64,000 nucleotides of DNA from the NCBI GenBank assembly GCA_041661545.1, contig JBAZUH010000001.1, forward strand, positions 403,877 to 467,876, given 5' to 3'. Source of the stretch: Candidatus Staskawiczbacteria bacterium (GTDB lineage Bacteria > Patescibacteriota > Minisyncoccia > Minisyncoccales > Staskawiczbacteraceae). Shown one piece after another: positions 56,860 to 64,000 of the stretch. The stretch's first letter is position 1; every line of letters begins with the position of its first letter. The position numbers were made by a program, and so were the translations under genes. A model generated the notes under the pieces. That model was not told the origin of the DNA. It was given only the letters and a program-made list of their open reading frames with translations, and ran no database searches.

Positions 56860-57438
56860 TCACTCAAGCTTAAAATGCCTCCTTAAAAGATCTTCATTAT
56901 CAATAAATTCCAATAAAGCAAACCGAATATATTTTTCTAGTTTAAATAATTTAGAAAATGCCTCTATTTCCCCTCTACAGTCGTATGGATACAAAAATAA
57001 ACTTTCCTGCAACTCGTAAAACCCAGCAAGACACATTTTATATCGCAGAGCATTCCTGCCCTTCCGACATTCTTCGGGAATGTCAAAAGCCACCATTCGC
57101 CATTTCCCATCCCAGGCTTCTTTTTTGTTGGCAAGCCTTCTAAACTTTGAATTGAGTACTCGCAACATACCCTTTTCTGTCAAAGAAATTAAAATTGACC
57201 CATCATAATTTCTCTTTTTTTCAATAAATCTAAATTTTTTAAGATCCGTTATACTGTTTTTAAAGTCCTTCTCATTAACTTTAATCAAATCTCTAAATAT
57301 TCTGCCCGGAAATTGCGGGAGTCCAAATTTTTTGTTAAATCTATAAGAAAAACCAAAATCAGCACAATTACCAAGGTGCAATAAAATCCTTTCTGATAAT
57401 TTTTGCTTTTCATGATTTTCTTTTTTTCCAACCATCAT
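56860..57438 (-). CDS. PaaX-family-like small regulator (Cas2-like fold C-domain)
   Basis: 192 aa. Contains WDGKWRMVAFDIPEECRKGRNALRYKMCLAGFYELQESLFLYPY, the motif recalled from PaaX-type proteins common in CPR genomes. Confidence 0.6.
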   Translation of the reverse strand: MMVGKKENHEKQKLSERILLHLGNCADFGFSYRFNKKFGLPQFPGRIFRDLIKVNEKDFKNSITDLKKFRFIEKKRNYDGSILISLTEKGMLRVLNSKFRRLANKKEAWDGKWRMVAFDIPEECRKGRNALRYKMCLAGFYELQESLFLYPYDCRGEIEAFSKLFKLEKYIRFALLEFIDNEDLLRRHFKLE

Positions 57439-57494
57439 ATTTTTTACAATCTTTTGTTAACTATACTTTTATTATAGCACCAGCCATAACAATT

Positions 57495-57578
57495 AAAATA
57501 GTAGCGTTTTTGGCGTTCGCCAAAAACGCTACTATTTTAATAAAGTTTTTTATGTTATTCGGTAAAAACGCTACTATT
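57495..57578. promoter_or_regulatory. 44-bp palindrome plus a third half-site upstream of the PaaX-like gene
   Basis: aaaatagtagcgtttttggcg/ttcgccaaaaacgctactatttt at 57495-57538, and taaaaacgctactatt again at 57563-57578. Confidence 0.6.
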
Positions 57579-57618
57579 CCGCCTGCTTCACTTGTTTATT
57601 TAACTTAATTAAACATAA

Positions 57619-57663
57619 ATCATTTTTTCTAACCAACACAAAGACCCCAATAAAAAAACACCC
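57619..57663. repeat. 44-bp direct repeat, right copy
   Basis: atcattttttctaaccaacacaaagaccccaataaaaaaacaccc. Overlaps the pilin terminator. Confidence 0.85.
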
Positions 57664-57682
57664 CAACAAAGGGGTGTTTTTT
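57652..57682 (-). terminator. terminator of pilin gene 57696..58103
   Basis: acacccc-aacaaa-ggggtgt with a T-run on the minus strand. Confidence 0.75.
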
Positions 57683-57695
57683 ATATTTAAACTAA

Positions 57696-58103
57696 TTATG
57701 GGCAAACTCCCGAAGCACAAGTCGCGGAAGCAGTTACTGCTTCTACTTTTTTCCCGGTAGAATCAACGCAGAAACTATTTGTCGTGGTTGCTTTTAAAAC
57801 AACGCTTGCGCACCAGCCCGTGCCTCCAGAGACGATGCTAGAAGTCGTTGCGTATCCTGCATTAGTCAAAGCAGTAGTAACTGATGTAAAACCTGTTGAT
57901 GTCAAGAAGTTAGTGTAATTACCATTAGTATCAAAATAAACTGCTCCATTCGTTAACGCAGAAGTCAAATTTCCTTTTGCAGCGGCATCTTTTCCTTTAT
58001 TAATATAATTTGTTACGTTAACTAATACAATTCCGGCTAAGACTGCGATAATTGCAATAACCACGATTAACTCAATGATTGTAAATCCTCTTTGTTTGTT
58101 CAT
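57696..58103 (-). CDS. type IV pilin
   Basis: Start MNKQRG|FTIIELIVVIAIIAVLAG gives a short class III leader. The ORF is open to 58160, but that would give a 25-aa leader. Confidence 0.8.
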   Translation of the reverse strand: MNKQRGFTIIELIVVIAIIAVLAGIVLVNVTNYINKGKDAAAKGNLTSALTNGAVYFDTNGNYTNFLTSTGFTSVTTALTNAGYATTSSIVSGGTGWCASVVLKATTTNSFCVDSTGKKVEAVTASATCASGVCP

Positions 58104-58330
58104 ATTTTTTAGATAAGCATCCTCCCAAATAGCGATTTGCGACACGCAAATTGCTACCATTTGGGGGGAATTATTTAATTTTAATTATTATTTTATTTTT
58201 GATTTTTCGAAAAGTTTCTAACTCGACCTTTATTTAGTTAAATTAAATAAATTTAACTAAACAGATATATATTTTCTTTATTTTACAAAATTTAAAAAAT
58301 CTATGCAATAGATAAGTGTGGATAAATATA

Positions 58331-58843
58331 TCAAGGACATTTTGTAGAGGCATCATTAATAGCCGTAGACGCTACTTCTTTTCTTATGCCCCTGCTATCT
58401 ACACAATAAACCATTGAGGAGTCGGCAAATTTTCTAGCCCAAGCTACCCAGGATTGACCAGAAACGGTCTCAACATTGCAACAAAGACCAGCTGGATTTC
58501 CATTTCCAATCGTAGTTCCCCATTGAGTTGGGTCTTGATTGCCTTCAGACATAGGATTTTTATAACAAGAGCCGTTAACATTAGTAGGCATTTGAACAAT
58601 AATATTGCTTATAACATTGTTAGAGCTAGGGGTACAAAAACCTTTATAAGTATTGGCGTCAATTCCGCTATTACCATTATAAAAAATTTCTCCAGCTGTA
58701 ATTAGAGTGGCTAAATTGCCAGATATATTAGAATCTTTGCCTTGGTTAACATATTGGGTAACAGTAAATAAAATCATGCCCGACAAAACAGCTATTATTG
58801 CTACTACAACTACTAATTCTATTAAAGTAAATCCATTTTTCAT
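58331..58843 (-). CDS. type IV pilin (likely the major pilin; first after pilC)
   Basis: MKNG|FTLIELVVVVAIIAVLSG. C-terminal Cys pair. Confidence 0.85.
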   Translation of the reverse strand: MKNGFTLIELVVVVAIIAVLSGMILFTVTQYVNQGKDSNISGNLATLITAGEIFYNGNSGIDANTYKGFCTPSSNNVISNIIVQMPTNVNGSCYKNPMSEGNQDPTQWGTTIGNGNPAGLCCNVETVSGQSWVAWARKFADSSMVYCVDSRGIRKEVASTAINDASTKCP

Positions 58844-60051
58844 TATATTGTGCCTAGCGCGCCATAAAGTGGCTGTATAACAGAAACAGCCAATAAAGCT
58901 ACGCCAATGCCCATAAAAACTATTAAAATAGGCTCTAGAAGAGCGGTAAATGTTGCTATTGCTCTTTGCACCTCTTTATTATAAAAATTAACTATTTGCA
59001 TTAAATTTTTATCTAAAGTTCCCGTTTCTTCTCCCACCTGAATCATTTGCACTACAAAAGCTGGCGCGTACTCGGGGTATCTTACTAAAACAGAACTTAT
59101 TTTTTCTCCCTCTCCTACCTTTTGCTCAGTTTCAGCTAAAATTTTAACATAAACAGAATTACCTACTATATCTTTTGTAATTTTTAATGCATTAGTAATA
59201 GAAAGTCCTGCGCTAATTAATGTAGAAATATTTTCGGCAAATTTTATAAGAAATGTTTTTTTCAAAAATCCCCCAAAAAATGGAATTTTTAACGACCATT
59301 CGTCCCATGTTTTTTTGCCCTCTTTGGTTCTAAAATAATAAATTAAAAATAATGCAAAGGCAAAAATAACTAAAACTATAACCCAACCAAAACTTCCCAA
59401 AAAACCATAAAAATTAATCATTGCTTGAGTAAATGGAGGTGGGTTGGTTGTGGTTTCTTTTAATAAATCTACTAATTTAGGCATAACAAACAGTATAACT
59501 ACTGGGAGCACTACAAGCATAACCACAATAACGAAAACCGGATAAATTAATGCTCCTGTTATTTGAGATGATATATCAGCCTCTCTTTCTAAGTGATCTG
59601 AAAGATAAGATAAAGAATCGGCAATTTTTCCAGATGCTTCACCTGTTTTTATTAAACTAATGTAAAAAACGTTAAAAACATCTGGGAAATTGCCCATTGC
59701 TTCTGACAAAGGGCTACCTTCTTCAACTAACTGAGCTACTTTAAAAACTTTTTCTTTAAAATTTGGATTTTTTATTTGCACAGATAAACTTTTTAAGCTT
59801 TGCGTAACTGGAACGCGGGCCTGCAACATAACAGCTAATTCTCTAGAAAAAACTGCTAAATCTTTTTTAGATATTTTATTTAAAAAACTAATTTGTTCTG
59901 TGCGAATAAAAAAGGGAGTTTGCTCTTTTAAAGATGTCACAAAAACATTATATTTTTGCAAAAGAAGAGCGGCAGCTTCTTTAGAAGACGCTTCAACTGT
60001 GCCTGTTTCTACCTTTCCTTCTTTAGATCTTGCTTGATAAAAATACTTCAT
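58843..60051 (-). CDS. pilC: type IV pilus platform protein PilC (GspF family)
   Basis: 402 aa, duplicated GspF domain, three TM helices. Confidence 0.92.
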   Translation of the reverse strand: MKYFYQARSKEGKVETGTVEASSKEAAALLLQKYNVFVTSLKEQTPFFIRTEQISFLNKISKKDLAVFSRELAVMLQARVPVTQSLKSLSVQIKNPNFKEKVFKVAQLVEEGSPLSEAMGNFPDVFNVFYISLIKTGEASGKIADSLSYLSDHLEREADISSQITGALIYPVFVIVVMLVVLPVVILFVMPKLVDLLKETTTNPPPFTQAMINFYGFLGSFGWVIVLVIFAFALFLIYYFRTKEGKKTWDEWSLKIPFFGGFLKKTFLIKFAENISTLISAGLSITNALKITKDIVGNSVYVKILAETEQKVGEGEKISSVLVRYPEYAPAFVVQMIQVGEETGTLDKNLMQIVNFYNKEVQRAIATFTALLEPILIVFMGIGVALLAVSVIQPLYGALGTI

Positions 60052-60064
60052 AATTTGTGTAGCC

Positions 60065-61129
60065 TTACCTGAGTAGATTTCTCACTTCAGATGGGTCTAG
60101 CGCATAATCCATGGCATTTTTTAGAGATATTTCTTTTCTTCTTACTAAATCAACTATGGCTCTATTTGAAGAAATCATCCCCTCTTTAGCCGATGTTTCT
60201 ATAACAGCAGGAATTTCATGTATTTTATTTTCTCTTATTAAATTAGAAATTGCATTATTACAAATTAGAACTTCGCAAACCGGTATAAAACCACCCTTAA
60301 TCCTTGGAACTAATCTCTGAGATATTACTCCCAATAAAGAAGAAGATAGCTGAAACTTTATTTGATCTTGTTGTTCTGCGGGAAAAACATCTACTATTCT
60401 ATGAATTGTTTGTGCTGCTGAATTGGTGTGCAACGTAGCAAACACTAAATGACCTGTTTCAGCAGCTGTAATTGTTGTAGCAATTGTTTCTAAGTCTCTC
60501 ATTTCTCCTACCATAATTACGTCTGGATTTTGACGAAGAGTAGACCTTAAAGCATTATTAAAATTTAACGTATCTATTAAAACTTCCCGTTGATCAATAA
60601 TTGCTCTGTCTATAGGATAAGTATATTCAATTGGATCTTCAACTGTAATTATGTGCACAGCTCTTGTATGGTTTATTTCATCTATCATTGCAGCTAAAGT
60701 TGTAGACTTTCCTTGGCTAGTTGCGCCAGTTACTAAAATAAGCCCCTGCGGACGATTTAAAAAATCATGTAATATGGGGGGTAAACTTAATTCTTCTATT
60801 GTTCTAATTTTTGAAGGAATAAAACGCAAAGCCAAGCTTATAGTTCCTCTTTGATAAAAAATATTTACTCTAAACCTACCCTTGTCATCATGTTGATAAG
60901 AAAAATCTACTTCTTTTTCTGTTAAAAGTTTTTGTTTCTGGGTTTCTGACATTATAGCAAAAGCCATGCCTTCAGAATCTTTTGCATCAACTATTTTTTC
61001 TTGGCTTAACGGCACAAGCTGACCAGTTATACGTATATTTGGGGCATGACCAACAGAAATATCTATATCAGATGCTTCTTCTTCTACAGCTGTATCTAAG
61101 AGTTTTTTAATATAAGTTAAATAGTCCAT
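60065..61129 (-). CDS. pilT: twitching-motility retraction ATPase PilT
   Basis: Walker A GATSQGKST, Asp box, His box (TLHT). 354 aa. Confidence 0.92.
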   Translation of the reverse strand: MDYLTYIKKLLDTAVEEEASDIDISVGHAPNIRITGQLVPLSQEKIVDAKDSEGMAFAIMSETQKQKLLTEKEVDFSYQHDDKGRFRVNIFYQRGTISLALRFIPSKIRTIEELSLPPILHDFLNRPQGLILVTGATSQGKSTTLAAMIDEINHTRAVHIITVEDPIEYTYPIDRAIIDQREVLIDTLNFNNALRSTLRQNPDVIMVGEMRDLETIATTITAAETGHLVFATLHTNSAAQTIHRIVDVFPAEQQDQIKFQLSSSLLGVISQRLVPRIKGGFIPVCEVLICNNAISNLIRENKIHEIPAVIETSAKEGMISSNRAIVDLVRRKEISLKNAMDYALDPSEVRNLLR

Positions 61130-61140
61130 ATTTTTTTAAA

Positions 61141-62880
61141 TTAGATTTCTCTTTCTTCTGTAACTCTAACTACTTCTTCAATAGTAGTTATACCACTTAA
61201 TACTTTTAAAATTCCTTCTTGCTCCATAGTAAGCATGCCCTGTTTTTGAGCTACTTTAAAAATTAAGCTTTCTAATGGATTAGTTTGTATTAATTGAGAC
61301 AATTCTTCTGTCATAGATAAAACTTCATATAACCCCACCCTACCCTTATAACCAATAAAATCACAAAGTTCACACCCTTTGGCAGTATATAATAATAGTG
61401 GATCTTCTATTTTTATATTCTTTTTTTCTGAAACAGGGATACTTTTTACTCTTTCTAAAATATAATTTTTTATTTTTGCTGAAGGACTTATTTTTATTTT
61501 GCAATTATTACATAGCGTTCTAACTAATCTTTGAGAAATAACTACTCTTAAAGTAGATGGAATTAAAAACTGTTTTACACCCATATCTATTAATCTAGGA
61601 ATAACGCCCGTAGAAGAGTTGGTATGCAGTGTAGATAAAACAATATGGCCAGTTAGAGCAGCATTTATAACTAAATTAGCTGTTTCTTCATCTCTAACCT
61701 CTCCAACCATAATAACATTTGGATCTTGTCTTAAAATTTGTCTTAAACCATGAGCAAAGGTATATCCTATTTCTGGTTTTACTTGAGATTGGTTTATTCC
61801 GGCAATAGAATATTCTACTGGGTCTTCAACTGTAACAATGTTAACTGCATCTTGGTTTAAAATACGCAAAATTGCGTATTGGGTTGTTGTTTTTCCTGAA
61901 CCAGTTGGCCCAGTAAATAAAATCATTCCGTATGGTTTTTTAATTGCATCTTTAACTATGTCTAAACTTCTTGTAGATAAACCCAGCTCTTCAAAGGTTC
62001 TTAAACCAGTAGAAGGATCTAATACTCTAAGCACAACCTTTTCTCCATAAAGAGTGGGAAACGTAGAAATTCTAAAATCAATATCTTTATTATTTATTTT
62101 TGCAGAAAATCTTCCATCTTGAGGAACTCTGTTTTCATCAATCTTTAATCCAGAAAGAATTTTAATTCTAGCAACAATTGCCAAATGAACTTTAGAAGGC
62201 AAAGATAAACTTGGATATAAAATGCCACCTATGCGAAAACGAACAACTAACTTCTCTCTAACTGGCTCTATGTGTATATCAGAGGCTCCGCCCTCAACTG
62301 CATGCCTTAATATAACTAATACCATTTTTATAATTGGGGCTTCTTCTGTTTTTATTTCACCTATTTCTTTGGCACCTAAGTTATCTAAAATTTTATCGGT
62401 TTCTTCGGGCAAAGATTCTAAAACTTTTTTTGTTTCTAGCGATATATTTTTTCGCTGTTTTAATAATTTTGATAAATCACCAGGAGTTATTAAACAAGTT
62501 TTATATGTAAAATTTTCTTGATTAGATAAAAATCTTAAAGCATTTTGAGCAACTATGTCTTCTGGATAAACCATACCAATTTTTAGTTTATTTGGCTGGC
62601 CGTCTAATCCTTTTTCTATAGCCGACATTTTATAATTAATAGCTGCTTCTTCTGGTATTAACTCTAAAACGCCCGAAGGAATCTTATCAACATCAATCTT
62701 CTCAAATGGAATGCCTACAATTTTGCTCTTTAAATTAAAAAGTATATCTTCTGATACTATATTATTACTTAAAATAATTTCTTCTTCGGTTTTGCCAAGT
62801 TTTTTAATTTGTTTTTTAAAATCCTCCAGCTTGTTTTCTGATATTAACCCTTGAGCAAATAATTCTTGTAATAGTTTCAT
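61141..62880 (-). CDS. pilB: type IV pilus assembly ATPase PilB (GspE family)
   Basis: Walker A GPTGSGKTT and a tetracysteine motif (CNNC...CELC). 579 aa. Confidence 0.95.
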   Translation of the reverse strand: MKLLQELFAQGLISENKLEDFKKQIKKLGKTEEEIILSNNIVSEDILFNLKSKIVGIPFEKIDVDKIPSGVLELIPEEAAINYKMSAIEKGLDGQPNKLKIGMVYPEDIVAQNALRFLSNQENFTYKTCLITPGDLSKLLKQRKNISLETKKVLESLPEETDKILDNLGAKEIGEIKTEEAPIIKMVLVILRHAVEGGASDIHIEPVREKLVVRFRIGGILYPSLSLPSKVHLAIVARIKILSGLKIDENRVPQDGRFSAKINNKDIDFRISTFPTLYGEKVVLRVLDPSTGLRTFEELGLSTRSLDIVKDAIKKPYGMILFTGPTGSGKTTTQYAILRILNQDAVNIVTVEDPVEYSIAGINQSQVKPEIGYTFAHGLRQILRQDPNVIMVGEVRDEETANLVINAALTGHIVLSTLHTNSSTGVIPRLIDMGVKQFLIPSTLRVVISQRLVRTLCNNCKIKISPSAKIKNYILERVKSIPVSEKKNIKIEDPLLLYTAKGCELCDFIGYKGRVGLYEVLSMTEELSQLIQTNPLESLIFKVAQKQGMLTMEQEGILKVLSGITTIEEVVRVTEEREI

Positions 62881-62916
62881 GCTATTAAAATATTAACGTT
62901 TTAATAATTTATATTT

Positions 62917-63381
62917 TTATTGTTCTGCTTCGGGGAGCACAGGTGTTTCAGGAGGGGTTGGGGCTGGTGGCGGGACAACAATTACAGAATAATATCTTAC
63001 AAAAGGGTTATCTCTGCCTGGCTCTACTTTAGTTACTACTATTTGAGAAAAGCCCATTTCCTGCAATGCTTTTGTTGCCTCTTCTTCAGATGTTGCAGAT
63101 ACAAAACCTTCTTGAGCCTTGTTACTTCTAGAAATAGCCTTATAACTATATTGCCAATCCATTTTGAAAGAAGATTCTAAATTTTTGAATTTCTCAGAAG
63201 TAAAAACTGTCATGTCTATATTAATTTTTGATTGGTTTAAAACTAAAGTTGGCTCTGCTTTTTTTGGTTCAGATAAAAATACTCCAAGAAAAGAAATTAT
63301 CAAAAATGACAAAAATATTAATGTGATTACCACAAAAAACATTTTTTGCCTCTTTTTTGGTGATATAAAAACTACTGCCAT
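62917..63381 (-). CDS. membrane-anchored pilus-cluster protein of unknown function
   Basis: 154 aa with one TM and a Pro-rich C-terminus (PPPAPTPPETPVLPE). Sits between the PilO-like gene and pilB. Confidence 0.5.
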   Translation of the reverse strand: MAVVFISPKKRQKMFFVVITLIFLSFLIISFLGVFLSEPKKAEPTLVLNQSKINIDMTVFTSEKFKNLESSFKMDWQYSYKAISRSNKAQEGFVSATSEEEATKALQEMGFSQIVVTKVEPGRDNPFVRYYSVIVVPPPAPTPPETPVLPEAEQ

Positions 63382-63393
63382 ATATGATAATTT

Positions 63394-63924
63394 TTAATAT
63401 GAATATGTTTTTATTTGTAAATTAAAGTCGTACGGTGGTTCAGAATTAGACCCAAAAGAAATACTAGTAATTTCAAAAATTCGTGAAGAATTTTCTAAAG
63501 AAATTAAAAATCCGCCCAAAGAAGGATAATTCCCTAATAAAGATATTGAAAAAATTATCTCTTTAACAGTTTTATTGCTAGAATCGTTGCTACCTCCAGA
63601 AGATTTAGAAAGAAATAAATTTTTTATAATTAAACCGCTATTATTTGCCATTTCTTGCAAAGAATAAACTGTTTGACCAAGATTTGGGTCGCTAGTCAGT
63701 GCAGTATCAATTTTTGCTATATCATCTTTTCTGCTTTGTAAGTCTGCATAAACTTTGTCTATATTTGCATAATAATCGTGCTGATAAGCATACTCTCCCC
63801 TTTTTTCACTCAATTCTGCTTGTAATTGTTTAAACTTATTATATTCTGGAACCACCAAAAAGAATACCAAAGATAAAATGATAATCACAATTAAACCAAT
63901 AGCAATAGTTCGATCAATTGTCAT
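63394..63924 (-). CDS. PilO-like pilus alignment protein
   Basis: N-terminal TM, a coiled coil (EYNKFKQLQAELSEKR) and a C-terminal ferredoxin-like region (ISLLGNYPSLGGFLISLENSSRIFEI). Confidence 0.6.
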   Translation of the reverse strand: MTIDRTIAIGLIVIIILSLVFFLVVPEYNKFKQLQAELSEKRGEYAYQHDYYANIDKVYADLQSRKDDIAKIDTALTSDPNLGQTVYSLQEMANNSGLIIKNLFLSKSSGGSNDSSNKTVKEIIFSISLLGNYPSLGGFLISLENSSRIFEITSISFGSNSEPPYDFNLQIKTYSY

Positions 63925-63928
63925 AAAA

Positions 63929-64000
63929 TCATATTTTACTAATATTATTTATATCTTTTTTTCTTTTTCTTTTTAAAAATATCCAAACTGATAAAGCCAC
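63929..64000 (-). CDS. 3' end of an upstream ORF truncated by the window edge
   Basis: The minus-strand frame is open from the window edge (…VALSVWIFLKRKRKKDINNISKI*). The TGA at 63929-63931 lies 4 nt before the PilO-like ATG. Identity unknown. Confidence 0.3.
   Translation of the reverse strand: MALSVWIFLKRKRKKDINNISKI

Noticed and set aside
58317-58325. Perfect DnaA-box 9-mer (TTATCCACA on the minus strand) between the two pilin genes, as a possible oriC.
   Set aside because: It is a single isolated box. One occurrence in 64 kb on two strands is roughly what chance predicts, and there is no box cluster, AT-rich unwinding element or dnaA/dnaN nearby.

Overview
This is a 64-kb window from a very AT-rich, tightly packed bacterial genome. 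By eye the G+C is roughly one third; I did not compute it. Intergenic spacers are short and many genes overlap at start/stop. UGA works as a stop codon (for example the ORF ending at 34907), so the standard code 11 applies. The gene content points to a Candidate Phyla Radiation / Patescibacteria (Parcubacteria-like) organism, though that placement is inference only. The supporting signs are a short UvrC, a bifunctional PGI/PMI, an FTR-like protein next to thioredoxin, a PaaX-like small regulator, SIMPL, the LemA-DUF2207 pair and a secretin-less type IV pilus cluster. Gene order is as follows. Positions 24-6371 carry small membrane proteins, uppP, a 662-aa tandem-repeat protein, trxA, an FTR-like gene and obg. 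Positions 6418-11957 (minus strand) carry rpoD, dnaG, HIT, SIMPL and a hypothetical gene. Next come an ATP-grasp ligase, tRNA-Ser(GGA), NUDIX, htpX, DUF2207, lemA and a Zn-ribbon protein. A G+C-elevated islet of four small genes sits at 18.1-19.4 kb. It is followed by groEL-groES, uvrA, uvrC, a DUF360-like gene, secG, a family-5 SBP, PGI/PMI, tRNA-Leu(CAG), rnj, trpS and PMM/PGM. A G+C-rich orphan Clp-N gene comes next, then rpsF-ssb-rpsR, recA and ftsK. A G+C-rich two-gene islet sits at 40.7-41.3 kb, followed by rpoC-rpoB, a DUF1189-like gene, a SEDS protein and ligA. The window ends with an 11-kb type IV pilus cluster (52.7-63.9 kb): four minor pilins, pilD, a PaaX-like gene, two pilins, pilC, pilT, pilB, an unknown gene and a PilO-like gene. 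No rRNA, CRISPR array, transposase or integrase was seen. The most unusual signals are these. (1) A protein built of eleven near-identical 36-aa repeats whose motif spacing resembles mTERF repeats. (2) Several families of short G+C-rich hairpin modules that occur both intergenically and in frame inside dnaG, uvrA, uvrC, ligA and a pilin-like gene. (3) An htpX 3' end that appears to have been replaced by a 110-bp unit carrying one such hairpin, leaving the AT-rich native C-terminal coding relic behind. (4) Three or four compositionally foreign islets of small uncharacterised genes. (5) A regulator cassette inserted into the pilus operon, flanked by 44-bp direct repeats and long palindromes. (6) An 83-bp interspersed palindromic repeat.
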